Source: SAR86 cluster bacterium (lineage in GTDB: Bacteria > Pseudomonadota > Gammaproteobacteria > Magnimaribacterales > D2472). Taken from it: 64,000 nt of DNA. This document shows positions 39,082-49,330 of this stretch, piece after piece. The stretch lies in assembly GCA_018607365.1 (NCBI GenBank), contig JABBBT010000031.1, forward strand, positions 3,338-67,337, given 5' to 3'. The number at the start of each line of letters is the position of its first letter. Position 1 is the stretch's first letter. A model generated the notes under the pieces. That model had not been told where the DNA came from, made no database searches, and worked only from the letters and a program-made list of their open reading frames with translations. The translations under genes and the position numbers were made by a program.

Positions 39082-39641
39082 TACTAGTTTTAGATAATTA
39101 CGATAGCTTTACCTATAACTTGGTCCATTACATAGGTGAAAGCGGACAAGAAGTTTTAGTAGTCAGAAATGATGAAATAACAATCGAGCAAATTAACGAT
39201 CTTAATCCAGAAAAAATAGTCATTTCTCCAGGACCTTGCACCCCTAAAGAAGCTGGCATATCTATTGAGCTAATTAAAAATGCAACTGTACCTTTACTGG
39301 GAGTTTGTTTAGGTCATCAAGCAATTGGTGCCGCTTTCGGTGGAAGTGTTATTAAAGCACCAGAAATATTTCATGGAAAACTATCTCAAGTTGAGCACAA
39401 CAAAGAAAATATTTTTAAAGGTATTGATAGTCCCTATTCTGTAGTGAGATATCATAGTTTAATAATTGAAAAAGACTCTTTGCCAGATGAATTAAAAATT
39501 ACAGGAGTGCTAAAAGATAATCCTGAAATAATTATGGCAATCGAGCATAACGAAAAACCAATTTACGGAGTTCAATTTCATCCCGAATCTATTGAGACTG
39601 ATTTTGGTATGAAGCTTATAGAAAACTTTTTAGCCCTATGA
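39078..39641 (+). CDS. trpG: anthranilate synthase component II (glutamine amidotransferase)
   Basis: LDNYDSFTYNLV, GVCLGHQ nucleophile and GVQFHPES. Confidence 0.93.
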   Translation: MILVLDNYDSFTYNLVHYIGESGQEVLVVRNDEITIEQINDLNPEKIVISPGPCTPKEAGISIELIKNATVPLLGVCLGHQAIGAAFGGSVIKAPEIFHGKLSQVEHNKENIFKGIDSPYSVVRYHSLIIEKDSLPDELKITGVLKDNPEIIMAIEHNEKPIYGVQFHPESIETDFGMKLIENFLAL

Positions 39642-40648
39642 TTAAAGATATTCTCAAAAAATTAAAAGATAAAAAAGATCTACAGTCTGAAGAAATGCAA
39701 CATGCTGTCGAAAGTATTATGACCGGAGAGGTTGAAGATAAAGATATTGAAATCTTTCTTATTGCCCTTAATGAAAAGGGTGTTAAAGAACCAGAAATAA
39801 CTGCCGCCGCTTCAGTAATGAGAGCTAAATCTTTAAAATTTGATATAGGCGATGGTACACATATAGATACATGCGGAACTGGTGGAACTGGTTTACACAC
39901 TTTTAATTGCTCAACAGCATCTTCCTTTGTTGCCGCTGCAGGCGGAGCTTCAATAACAAAACATGGCAATAAGGCTATCTCAAGCAAATCTGGTAGTGCA
40001 GATTTCTTAATAGCTGCAGGCGCAGATATCACGCATGATAGAGAAAAGCTTTTACACGTATTTGATCAAGTTGGGTTTGTATTTTTGTTTGCTCCTCTTC
40101 ATCATGAGTCTATGAGATACGTAATGCCAGCAAGACAGCGCATTGGCAAGAAAACAATATTTAATTTATTGGGGCCTCATACCAATCCTTGTGGAGCAAA
40201 GAGACAAGTTATTGGCGTCTATGATAAAAAATTACTCAAAACATTTTCAACAGTGGCAAAAAATTTAGAAATGGAACATGTCCTTGTTGTTCATGGAGAT
40301 GATGGCTTGGATGAGATTAGTGTTAGTGGTCCAACTCAAATATCTGAATTAAAAAATTATAAGATCGAGAATTACTCAATATCACCACAAGATTTTGGTT
40401 TATCAACTTCTGGACTTGATGAAATTGCGGCACAATCCCCAGAAGATAGCTTACGACTTGTCAGGGAGGCGTTTTCAGGAGAACAATCTGCAGTCCAAGA
40501 CATGATTGCTCTAAATGCTGGAGCAGGACTTTATATTGCAAGAAAAGCGGACTCAATAGCAGATGGTGTGGAATTAGCATTTACATTAATGAATAACGGT
40601 AAAGCGGCAGACAAATTAGCCGCATATGTGAGGGTTTCGAATCTATAA
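39638..40648 (+). CDS. trpD: anthranilate phosphoribosyltransferase
   Basis: DTCGTGGTG, KHGN...SSKSGSAD and GPHTNP motifs. Confidence 0.94.
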   Translation: MIKDILKKLKDKKDLQSEEMQHAVESIMTGEVEDKDIEIFLIALNEKGVKEPEITAAASVMRAKSLKFDIGDGTHIDTCGTGGTGLHTFNCSTASSFVAAAGGASITKHGNKAISSKSGSADFLIAAGADITHDREKLLHVFDQVGFVFLFAPLHHESMRYVMPARQRIGKKTIFNLLGPHTNPCGAKRQVIGVYDKKLLKTFSTVAKNLEMEHVLVVHGDDGLDEISVSGPTQISELKNYKIENYSISPQDFGLSTSGLDEIAAQSPEDSLRLVREAFSGEQSAVQDMIALNAGAGLYIARKADSIADGVELAFTLMNNGKAADKLAAYVRVSNL

Positions 40649-41397
40649 TGACTATCCTTAACGAAATAGTTGAAAATACCAGAGAAAAGCTAATTCAAAA
40701 AAAAGAGTCTCTATCTCTCAATGACATCAAGACACAACTTAGTGGATTAAATCTCTCCAGAGGAGCCTTTAAAGCTGGGTTGGTTAATAAAGATCAGGCT
40801 ATTATTGCAGAAATTAAAAAAGCCTCACCTAGTGCTGGAATTATTGCCGAAGATTTTGATCCCGTTAAAAAAGCTACAGAATACGAAGCTTTTGGAGCCT
40901 CAGCATTATCTATTCTTACTGAAGAAGACTTCTTTCAAGGGCATAATCAATTTTTGATAGACGTAAAAGCTATAACTAAACTTCCGATTATTAGAAAAGA
41001 CTTCATGATCGATGAGTATCAAATATACGAAGCTAAACTTATTGGTGCTGATTGCATACTACTAATTGCTAGCGTTCTTTCTGATGAAGAAATAACCCAC
41101 TTTGTAAATGTGGCTGAAGAACTAGAACTAGATTATTTAATAGAGGTTCATGATGAAGAAGAGCTTAAAAGAGTTGAGCACTTTAGCAATGCGATGATTG
41201 GTGTTAATAACAGAAACCTTAAAACCTTTGAAGTAGATTTAAATAATTCGATCAACCTTAAAAAGATATTTAATGGCGATAATATTTTTATTGCTGAATC
41301 TGGAATTAAAAATCAAGAAGATATAGATCTTCTTAAACAAGAAGACATCCATGTATTCTTAATCGGCGAGAGTTTAATGAAAGGTGCTTTTAGTTGA
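40648..41397 (+). CDS. trpC: indole-3-glycerol phosphate synthase
   Basis: IAEIKKASPS, IRKDF, EVH and GVNNRNL motifs. Monofunctional (no TrpF domain). Confidence 0.93.
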   Translation: MTILNEIVENTREKLIQKKESLSLNDIKTQLSGLNLSRGAFKAGLVNKDQAIIAEIKKASPSAGIIAEDFDPVKKATEYEAFGASALSILTEEDFFQGHNQFLIDVKAITKLPIIRKDFMIDEYQIYEAKLIGADCILLIASVLSDEEITHFVNVAEELELDYLIEVHDEEELKRVEHFSNAMIGVNNRNLKTFEVDLNNSINLKKIFNGDNIFIAESGIKNQEDIDLLKQEDIHVFLIGESLMKGAFS

Positions 41398-42560
41398 AAC
41401 TAAGAGACTGGCAAGAAAATGCCTTTCCTTTGTGGTGGGAGAAAAAAAGAGGCATCATAAAAGTTGTAACGGGAGGAGGTAAGACGGTCTTTGCTATTCA
41501 CTGCCTAACCAAGTATTTAGAAGAAAATCAAAGTAATTCAATATTAATTGTTGTCCCATCTATAGCCTTGTTAGATCAATGGTATGAGGGCTTATCGCAA
41601 AGTTTTAGCTCTAAAGAAATAGCTCTAAATGGTGGCGGTGAGCAAATAGAAGATATTGCAAAGATCTGTATAACAACAATAGATTCACTTAAAAATCTTA
41701 TAGATAAAGTCGATCCTGAAAATACACTTTTGATAGTTGATGAGTGTCACAAAATTGGAACTGAGAAAAGAGGAGAGATGCTAACAAATAATTGGCATGC
41801 AACCCTGGGATTATCAGCAACTCCAGAAAGAGACTACGATGACAATTTTTATATCATCATTAAAAAAATTCTTGGAGATATTATTTTTGACTATGACTAC
41901 ATTGATGCCAGAGAAGATGAGGTAATAGTAAATTTCAAACTTCTTTATGCCTATGCTGCAATGACAAAGGATGAAGAAGATAAATACAAAAAGTTTACGA
42001 AAAGCATTCAAAGAAGAGCTGCAACAATTGGCGGTAATAACATGAATGACTACCCGTTAAAGATGCTCATTTTTAATAGAGCAAGAATGGTAAAAAATTC
42101 AAAAAATAGAATCCCTTTTGGAGTTGAGTTGTTACAAAAACACAAAAGAGAAAGCTGGATTGTTTTTACAGAGAATAAAAAGCAAGCAAAAGAATTCAAT
42201 ACAATTATAAATACCAAGGGATATAAATCAGCTATCTATAATACGGATTTGGATAATGCAGCAAGAGAAGAAAATCTTAACAATTTTAAAAACGGCAATC
42301 TAAATGTCTTGGTAAGTTGTACTGCACTGGATGAAGGTTTTGATATGCCAGAGGCCGATGGGGCAATGATATTAAGTGCCTCTTCATCTAAAAGACAAAG
42401 AATTCAAAGAATGGGCAGGGTGCTTAGAATAACTGCAAATAAAGAAAATGCCTTAATCGTTACTGTATATAGCTCAAATACTGAGTATGTGAAATTAAAG
42501 GAAGAGTCTAATAGGTATCAATTAGAAAATGTTCCAATCAGATGGCAGCAAATGAAGTAA
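41394..42560 (+). CDS. minimal superfamily-2 (DEAH/XPB-Res-like) helicase core
   Basis: The TTG start overlaps the trpC TGA. Motif I TGGGKT, II DECH, III SATP, VI QRMGRVLR. 388 aa, only the two RecA-like domains. Confidence 0.75.
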   Translation: MKLRDWQENAFPLWWEKKRGIIKVVTGGGKTVFAIHCLTKYLEENQSNSILIVVPSIALLDQWYEGLSQSFSSKEIALNGGGEQIEDIAKICITTIDSLKNLIDKVDPENTLLIVDECHKIGTEKRGEMLTNNWHATLGLSATPERDYDDNFYIIIKKILGDIIFDYDYIDAREDEVIVNFKLLYAYAAMTKDEEDKYKKFTKSIQRRAATIGGNNMNDYPLKMLIFNRARMVKNSKNRIPFGVELLQKHKRESWIVFTENKKQAKEFNTIINTKGYKSAIYNTDLDNAAREENLNNFKNGNLNVLVSCTALDEGFDMPEADGAMILSASSSKRQRIQRMGRVLRITANKENALIVTVYSSNTEYVKLKEESNRYQLENVPIRWQQMK

Positions 42561-42561
42561 T

Positions 42562-43296
42562 TTAAAAAACGTACCTGAAGTTTGTAGTGAATGAATGGTT
42601 TGATTTTTTTGATATATCTGGGGGGTCATTATCAAGAGCGCTTGAGACTTGAATCTCAAATAATATTTTTTCTGATAAAGGAATATTTAAAGCCATTAAA
42701 GCTGAAACTTTATAATCTGAACTAAACTCATTAAGTGATGGCTGATAAAATAATGATGCTGAAAAAAAGTTACTATTTTTTAATTTTATCTTTTTGTATA
42801 GATATAAATTAACCCTATCTGTTTTTTTATTAATTCCCTCAAGGCTTTGTTCATTTTCATGCAATAGGCTTAATCCAATTTTAGACATTTCATTTAAATC
42901 AAATCTTAAACCAATACCAAATAGATCTCTTTTTTTATAGGACTGGAAGGGGTTTTTACTACTTTGAAGATAAACCTCGTAGTCAAATAAATTATCTGAT
43001 TTAAATAATAATCTGCCATGAAAAAATGAAGATTTATCTTCTAATGCATCTCCTTTAGTTCTCTCTGAGTGGTTGAATGTCAACAGGGATTCAATATCCT
43101 CATTGTTTTTTGTGAAGGATAGATTCAACTTATAGTCATCCCTATCTTCATTCCCTCTAGATCCGTTTAAAGAGATACCTACTGATTTAAATTCACCAAG
43201 CTCTCCCGAATATCTTAAATTTTCTATATTTACTATAGATTGTGAAAAGATGATTGGTGAGGCTAAAAGGCTCGCAATGAGATAGAGATTTTTCAT
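42562..43296 (-). CDS. outer-membrane beta-barrel protein (DUF481/YdiY-like?)
   Basis: Signal peptide, alternating amphipathic strands, C-terminal aromatic terminus FRYVF. Family assignment is tentative. Confidence 0.5.
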   Translation of the reverse strand: MKNLYLIASLLASPIIFSQSIVNIENLRYSGELGEFKSVGISLNGSRGNEDRDDYKLNLSFTKNNEDIESLLTFNHSERTKGDALEDKSSFFHGRLLFKSDNLFDYEVYLQSSKNPFQSYKKRDLFGIGLRFDLNEMSKIGLSLLHENEQSLEGINKKTDRVNLYLYKKIKLKNSNFFSASLFYQPSLNEFSSDYKVSALMALNIPLSEKILFEIQVSSALDNDPPDISKKSNHSFTTNFRYVF

Positions 43297-43307
43297 GAAT
43301 GCCTTTT

Positions 43308-43934
43308 TTAGATATGAGTACTGGTTGATGTCATAACTTTAGCTGTATATTTCATTATCTTTTTTGCTGGAATTTGCAATTCCTCTCCACCATTATCTAC
43401 AGCTTGCTGCGCATGAATATCCTCGTCTTCTCTCATTGTCTTAAGAATTTCAATTGTTTGGATGTCTTTTGGTGAAATCTTATTAAGATGCTTATCAATA
43501 TGAGCTACAACTTGTTTTTCTGTTTCTTCTACAAAGCCTAAACTTACTTTTTCACCAAAAGTTCCAAATACAGCACCTATACCAAAAGAGCCGGCATACC
43601 AAACAGGGTTAAATATAGAACCTCTACCCCCGAGCTCATCAAGTCTTTTTTTACACCAAACAAGATGATCAGTCTCTTCTTGCCCAGCTTCAATTAAGTG
43701 TTCTTTAACCTCGGGATCTTTACATACAAGTGCTTGTCCCCTGTATAAAGCTTGGGCCGCAACCTCTCCAGCAAGATTAACTCTCATCATTTGAATAGAT
43801 AGCTTTTTTTCTTTTTGAGTGAGCTCCTCTGAGTTCATTGCAGACGGGTAAGGTCTATCAGTTCCAGATTTTTTATTTGAAAGCGTTTTTAGTGCAATAT
43901 CAAACTCATTAACAATATTATTCAGAAAACTCAT
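43308..43934 (-). CDS. coq7: demethoxyubiquinone hydroxylase Coq7 (di-iron carboxylate)
   Basis: NLAGEVAAQALYRGQ and two E-x-x-H iron motifs (QEETDH, EDEDIH). 208 aa. Confidence 0.85.
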   Translation of the reverse strand: MSFLNNIVNEFDIALKTLSNKKSGTDRPYPSAMNSEELTQKEKKLSIQMMRVNLAGEVAAQALYRGQALVCKDPEVKEHLIEAGQEETDHLVWCKKRLDELGGRGSIFNPVWYAGSFGIGAVFGTFGEKVSLGFVEETEKQVVAHIDKHLNKISPKDIQTIEILKTMREDEDIHAQQAVDNGGEELQIPAKKIMKYTAKVMTSTSTHI

Positions 43935-45199
43935 TTTATTCCTTTAAACCCTATATCTTTTCTATAAAAAGCACCCTCAAACGATACTTTATTAACGAGA
44001 TTATAAGCCTTAGATTGAGCTTCCTTCAAGTTGGTTCCAAGAGCAGTTGCGCAAAAAACTCTGCCGCCTGATGTCATTATTTTATGGTCAACTAATTTAG
44101 TTCCTGCGTGAAATAATTTTGTATCTTGATCTCCTTCTGGATGAATTTGAACTTCTTTATTAGATATATAGTTCTCAGGGTATCCCTCAGAAGCAATAAC
44201 AACACCACATGAGTGTTGCTCTGTCCATTCGACATGAATTGACTCTAATTGTTCATTTATTGCTGCTAGACATAGATCAACAAGGCTTGATTTAAGTCTT
44301 AATAATATTGGTTGAGTTTCAGGATCCCCGAATCTACAATTAAATTCCAAAACTTTAAGCTCATCATTCTTAATCATTAACCCAGCATATAAGAAACCAA
44401 GATAGGGTGACCCTTCTGATATGAGGCCTTCCATTGTTGGTTTCATAACTTCATCAATAATTTTTTTATGGATATGATCATCAACTATTGGAGCTGGAGA
44501 GTAGGCGCCCATCCCACCAGTATTTAATCCAACATCACCCTCACCAACCGCCTTATGGTCTTGGCTTGTAGCTAGTGGAATAATTTTATCTTTACTTACC
44601 ACTGCAATAAAACTAGCTTCTTCACCCTCTAAAAATTCCTCAATAACAACACTACTGCCTGCTTCGCCAAATGCTTGGTCTTTAAAGATGCTATCGAGCG
44701 CTGATACAGCTTCATTTTTATTTTGACAAATAAGAACTCCCTTGCCAGCTGCTAGCCCGTCAGCTTTCACCACAGTAGGGTACTCAATATTATCTAGATA
44801 ATTAATTGATGCATCATATGAGTCAAACGCTGCATAAGCCGCTGTAGGTATTCCATATTTAACAAAAAAATCTTTTGAAAAAGTTTTAGAGCCTTCTAAC
44901 TGAGCTGCTGCCTTAGAGGGACCAAAGGTCTTTATTCCTTTGCTTTGAAGGTAGTCGGACATACCATCAACAAGAGGTTGCTCAGGACCAATAATAACCA
45001 AACCTATATGCTCTTCTTTACAAAAACTTTCAACCTTAGAAAAGTCGCTGGTATCTAAAGATAGATTTGTAATTTTAGATTCAAGAGCTGTTCCTGCATT
45101 ACCAGGAGCCACAAATACATTAGTAACTGATTCGTCTTGAGCTGATTTCCATGCAAGAGCATGCTCTCTGCCGCCTGAGCCAATTACAAGTACTTGCAT
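43931..45199 (-). CDS. purD: phosphoribosylamine-glycine ligase
   Basis: VLVIGSGGREHALAWK N-terminus, ATP-grasp core, EFNCRFGDPE. Confidence 0.95.
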   Translation of the reverse strand: MQVLVIGSGGREHALAWKSAQDESVTNVFVAPGNAGTALESKITNLSLDTSDFSKVESFCKEEHIGLVIIGPEQPLVDGMSDYLQSKGIKTFGPSKAAAQLEGSKTFSKDFFVKYGIPTAAYAAFDSYDASINYLDNIEYPTVVKADGLAAGKGVLICQNKNEAVSALDSIFKDQAFGEAGSSVVIEEFLEGEEASFIAVVSKDKIIPLATSQDHKAVGEGDVGLNTGGMGAYSPAPIVDDHIHKKIIDEVMKPTMEGLISEGSPYLGFLYAGLMIKNDELKVLEFNCRFGDPETQPILLRLKSSLVDLCLAAINEQLESIHVEWTEQHSCGVVIASEGYPENYISNKEVQIHPEGDQDTKLFHAGTKLVDHKIMTSGGRVFCATALGTNLKEAQSKAYNLVNKVSFEGAFYRKDIGFKGIK

Positions 45200-46740
45200 T
45201 AGTGTCTAAAGTGCCTCGTGCTAGTAAAAACCATTGCAATATTGTTCTCATCTGCAGCAGCAATAACCTCATCATCCCTGATCGATCCACCTGGCTGAAT
45301 AATTGCAGCTATCCCACTGGAAGCGGCCTTATCAATCCCATCTCTAAAGGGAAAAAATGCATCCGATGCCATAACAGCACCTTTAACTTCAAGACCTTCC
45401 TCTTTTGCTTTTAAATTAGCTATATCGGCACTTATCACTCTACTCATTTGCCCTGCACCAATGCCTATTGTTTGTCTATTGTGAACATAAACTATTGCAT
45501 TACTTTTAACGAATTTAGCAACTCTCCAAGCAAACATAAGGTCATTTAGCTCTTCAGATGTTGGCTGTCTCTTAGTAACGCATTTTAAGTCTTCCCTTGG
45601 AACCGCATAAGTATCATCGCTTTGAACCAAAATTCCACCAGAGACTTTTTTAATAACACCTGGATAGGGATTATCTTGTTCCAAGTCAACTTTTAAAACT
45701 CTAACGTTTTTCTTTTTAGCAAATTCAACCAAAGCACCTTCTTCATAGTCAGTGGCTATGATCACTTCAACAAATTGGCGGCTATTAATCTCTTCAGCTG
45801 TCTTGGTATCCAATGTTCTATTGAGAGCAATAATTCCTCCAAAAGCAGATGTTGGATCTGTTTTAAAAGCCAAATCATAAGCACCAAGTATAGTATTTGA
45901 CTCTGCCACCCCACAAGGATTAGCGTGTTTCACAATTACACACGCAGGATCATCAAAGGCTCTGGCGCATTCCCATGCAGCATCCGCATCAACTATATTG
46001 TTATATGAAAGCTCTTTGCCTTGAAGAATATCCGCATTGGCTATGTTTTTAAATTTAAGATTTGAAAAAGTTAATAAATTTGCTGTTTGGTGGGGATTTT
46101 CTCCATATCTTAAGGGTTCACTTTTTTCAAAATTATAATTAGGCAAAAGATTATCCGTATCTTCTTTTAGATAATTAGAGATAGATAGATTGTAATCAGC
46201 CATAAGATGAAAAACTTTTTGAGATAACTCTTTTCTAAATTCATATGAAATTCCATCCTCATCTTTCCACTCTTGAATTAATCGTGAATAATCATTTGGA
46301 TTTGAAACTACAGCAACATCTTTAAAATTTTTAGCCGCAGATCTAATCATAGTTGGCCCACCTATATCTATTTTTTCTATAGCCTCTTCGAATGAACATC
46401 CCTCTGCAATCGTTTCTTTAAATGGATATAGGTTTACGATTACTAAATCAATTGGCTCATAACCTCTTTCTTTTAAAACATCTAAATCTTGATCTCTTCT
46501 TGCAAGAATTCCTGCATGTATTTTGGGATGTAATGTTTTAACTCTCCCATCCATCATTTCTTCAAATCCGGTGAAGTCAGAGACCTCAATAACATCTGTT
46601 GTTATTTCTTTTATCGCTTTAAAAGTTCCTCCAGTCGATAAAATTTTCACTCCTTGAGATATTAAAAATGATACCAACTCACTCAAGTGTGATTTGTCTG
46701 AAAGGCTTATAAGTGCTGTTTTTGGTTTTATTGCATTCAT
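45199..46740 (-). CDS. purH: bifunctional AICAR transformylase / IMP cyclohydrolase
   Basis: ALISLSDK, GGTFKAI, GRVKTLHP and C-terminal GGSIRD...RHFRH. Confidence 0.95.
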   Translation of the reverse strand: MNAIKPKTALISLSDKSHLSELVSFLISQGVKILSTGGTFKAIKEITTDVIEVSDFTGFEEMMDGRVKTLHPKIHAGILARRDQDLDVLKERGYEPIDLVIVNLYPFKETIAEGCSFEEAIEKIDIGGPTMIRSAAKNFKDVAVVSNPNDYSRLIQEWKDEDGISYEFRKELSQKVFHLMADYNLSISNYLKEDTDNLLPNYNFEKSEPLRYGENPHQTANLLTFSNLKFKNIANADILQGKELSYNNIVDADAAWECARAFDDPACVIVKHANPCGVAESNTILGAYDLAFKTDPTSAFGGIIALNRTLDTKTAEEINSRQFVEVIIATDYEEGALVEFAKKKNVRVLKVDLEQDNPYPGVIKKVSGGILVQSDDTYAVPREDLKCVTKRQPTSEELNDLMFAWRVAKFVKSNAIVYVHNRQTIGIGAGQMSRVISADIANLKAKEEGLEVKGAVMASDAFFPFRDGIDKAASSGIAAIIQPGGSIRDDEVIAAADENNIAMVFTSTRHFRH

Positions 46741-47006
46741 TATTTTATGTCATATTTTTTTAATTTAGTTCTCAACGTTGTTCTATTAATTCCAAGAACC
46801 TTTGAGGCTTTAGATTGATTATTATTAGAAAACTTCATTACTGATGAAAGTAAAGGTGGTTCGATTTCATTAAGGACTAACTGATAAACATCAATTGGAA
46901 TATTGTTTTGATCTAATTGCTTAAAATACCTCTTCATGGCTTTTCTGACCTCTTCTTTTAGAGGACTTTTTGAATAGCTATCAAAAGATTTTTTTTTATT
47001 TCCCAA
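46740..47006 (-). CDS. fis: DNA-binding protein Fis
   Basis: 88 aa. C-terminal HTH NQSKASKVLGINRTTLRTKLKKY. fis-purH-purD order as in pseudomonads. The annotated start is a TTG, so the N-terminus is uncertain. Confidence 0.8.
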   Translation of the reverse strand: MGNKKKSFDSYSKSPLKEEVRKAMKRYFKQLDQNNIPIDVYQLVLNEIEPPLLSSVMKFSNNNQSKASKVLGINRTTLRTKLKKYDIK

Positions 47007-47069
47007 AATATAGTTGTAATTAGAAAGAATATTTAGTTTACAGTTGTTTAAAAATTGCTCAATAGGTTT

Positions 47070-47633
47070 TTAGAGATTTATTGGAGTTTTTCTCTCTCCG
47101 CCGATATAAAACTCTTTAACTTTATTATTGTTCACAATTATTTTTGTAATCGAAGTGTAGTCAGGATAAAAACATAACAAATTTTGATTATTTGTAAATT
47201 CAGCTATCAGAGCATTTATAACCATAAAATGGCTAAATATTATCGTATCCCTTTCAATTGATAGGATTTGTTTTGTAAGCTCTGAACGCCAATTATTAAC
47301 CTCATTCGGTAGATTAATTAAATCCATTTTTATAATTTTTGTTAGCCAATCTTTTTTATCTTTTGGATCTATTCCATTAGAAGGGATTTCAGAAAATACT
47401 GCATTTATTTCAACATCTTTATTATATTTTTTGGCAAGTGGGGCGGCAGTCATCAATGCTCGAGACTTAGGGCTAGAGATAAAGTGATAATTCTCCAAAA
47501 AGAGAAGTTCATTATTATTAATCAACTCTATAGCTTGATTCTCTCCTAATTGACTTAATCCAGGGTCGGGATCGTCACCCCAGGAAGCAGAGGCCTCCCC
47601 ATGCCTAATTAATATTATGTTTATCTGTGACAT
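47070..47633 (-). CDS. histidine phosphatase family protein
   Basis: ILIRHGEA catalytic motif and a downstream SHF(H) motif. 187 aa. Specific substrate not inferable. Confidence 0.72.
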   Translation of the reverse strand: MSQINIILIRHGEASASWGDDPDPGLSQLGENQAIELINNNELLFLENYHFISSPKSRALMTAAPLAKKYNKDVEINAVFSEIPSNGIDPKDKKDWLTKIIKMDLINLPNEVNNWRSELTKQILSIERDTIIFSHFMVINALIAEFTNNQNLLCFYPDYTSITKIIVNNNKVKEFYIGGERKTPINL

Positions 47634-47663
47634 TTATATTGAAGCTATAGCTATAATGCTTAT

Positions 47664-48401
47664 GTGAGAATTCATAGAATATATTGTAATTCAGTATCGG
47701 ACCAAGATAATGTTTTTGATTTAGATCAACCTCAATCAACCCATATATCAAAAGTGCTGAGATTGAAGCTTGGGAATGAGATAGATGTCTTTGACGGGAA
47801 AGGCTCATCTGCAATTTGCAAAATAGTCGAAATAACTAGATCGAGCATAGTCTTAGAAAGAATATCTGAATTAAAAAAATTAAATCCCACGCATCCAAAA
47901 ATAAATGCAATCCTTCCTATTATTAAAAAAGACAATTTGCACTTTATGCTACAGAAGCTAACAGAGGTTGGGGTTTATGAATTTATTTTTTACAAACCAG
48001 ATCTTGTTGACCAAAGTATTGCAAAAAAAGATTCAGAAAAAATTATGAATAAATGCAATGAAGTTATTATTAATGCTTGCAAGCAATGCGGATCAAATTT
48101 TATTCCTGCTATATATTATTTTAGTAATTTAGAACTAGCAGTCAATTCAGTTAAAGGTATTGCCATTGAATCATATGCCTTTGATTTGGACGCTAAAGAA
48201 CACTTTAATTTAGCTGAAATTAAAACAGGAGAAGATGTTTGTATGATAACCGGACCAGAATCTGGATTTTCTAAAGAAGAGATTGAAATTTTAAGCAAAA
48301 AAGATACGAAAATAAGATTATTAAAAAACAATGTTCTAAGAGCAGAAACGGCTCCCATTGTTATATCATCGTTGTTGCAAAATCATTTTGGTAATATTTA
48401 A
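47664..48401 (+). CDS. rsmE: 16S rRNA (uracil1498-N3)-methyltransferase
   Basis: GTG start. MRIHRIY.., HISKVLRLKLGNEIDVFDG PUA-like N-domain, SPOUT C-domain (GPESGFS..E, LR.ETA). Confidence 0.87.
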   Translation: MRIHRIYCNSVSDQDNVFDLDQPQSTHISKVLRLKLGNEIDVFDGKGSSAICKIVEITRSSIVLERISELKKLNPTHPKINAILPIIKKDNLHFMLQKLTEVGVYEFIFYKPDLVDQSIAKKDSEKIMNKCNEVIINACKQCGSNFIPAIYYFSNLELAVNSVKGIAIESYAFDLDAKEHFNLAEIKTGEDVCMITGPESGFSKEEIEILSKKDTKIRLLKNNVLRAETAPIVISSLLQNHFGNI

Positions 48402-48403
48402 GA

Positions 48404-49330
48404 ATGAGTAAAAAATTATTATTCATAACGGATCCTTTAAAAGGTTTAAAACAAGAAAAAGATACTTCCATTTTCATGATGGAGGAGTCAATCGCTTTGG
48501 GCTGCAAGGTTTATCAGTGCGAAATGTCTGATCTTTATGTTTCTGATGGCATGGTGCTTGCTGATTCAAGAAATATCATAGCCATAGGATCCAATAAAGT
48601 TGAAAGCATTAAAAAAGAATCAATAAAAGTTGCTGATTTTAATTTTACTTTTATGAGAAAAGATCCTCCTGTCGATAAGGATTATATAAATGCACTCCAC
48701 TTGTTGGGTTTGGCAGAAACTCATGGAGCAACAGTTTTTAATAAACCAAACTCTATAAAAGAGTTCAATGAAAAGATATTTGCTATACATTTTAAAGAGT
48801 TTATTCCTCAGACCTTAGTAACTTCTAACATAAAAAAGGTAATAGAATTTCAACTCAAACATGACACTATAGTAGTCAAGCCTTTGGATGGAATGGGTGG
48901 GGAATCAATCTATAAAATGGATAATTTTGAAGATGATAATCTAGATATTTTGCTTGATATGACAGATAACGAAAATACTCAGATTATTGCTCAAGAGTTT
49001 CTTGAAGATATTTATAAAGGTGACTTTAGAATTTTAATTATAAATGGGAAGCCTTTCCCAAAAACCTTAGCTCGAATTCCACAAGGCGAAAGTTTTAAAG
49101 GTAACTTGGCTGCAGGAGGAGTGGGTGTTGTAAAAGATATAACCGAAGTTCAGCAAAAAACCGCTGAAAAAATAGGAAAATATTTAATAACCAAAGGAAT
49201 CAACTTTGCTGGTATAGACATGATTGGTAAGTATTTAACCGAGATTAATATCACAAGTCCTACCTGCGCAAGAGAGATATATAAACAATCAGGCAAAAAC
49301 CCAATTAAAGAATATTTAGAACTTTTATGA
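48404..49330 (+). CDS. gshB: glutathione synthetase (prokaryotic ATP-grasp type)
   Basis: Collinear with GshB (DP...L...KDTS...M.E, VKPLDGMGG, GDFRILIINGKP, EINITSP). Confidence 0.9.
   Translation: MSKKLLFITDPLKGLKQEKDTSIFMMEESIALGCKVYQCEMSDLYVSDGMVLADSRNIIAIGSNKVESIKKESIKVADFNFTFMRKDPPVDKDYINALHLLGLAETHGATVFNKPNSIKEFNEKIFAIHFKEFIPQTLVTSNIKKVIEFQLKHDTIVVKPLDGMGGESIYKMDNFEDDNLDILLDMTDNENTQIIAQEFLEDIYKGDFRILIINGKPFPKTLARIPQGESFKGNLAAGGVGVVKDITEVQQKTAEKIGKYLITKGINFAGIDMIGKYLTEINITSPTCAREIYKQSGKNPIKEYLELL

Noticed and set aside
39616-40032. 138-aa minus-strand ORF inside trpD
   Set aside because: Antisense shadow ORF (Ala/Ser/Ile rich). trpD on the plus strand carries all its signature motifs.
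46989-46997. T9 (A9 on the coding strand) homopolymer at the 5' end of fis as a phase-variation tract
   Set aside because: Homopolymer runs of this length are frequent throughout this AT-rich window, including within intact genes. Nothing suggests slippage-based switching of an essential nucleoid protein.
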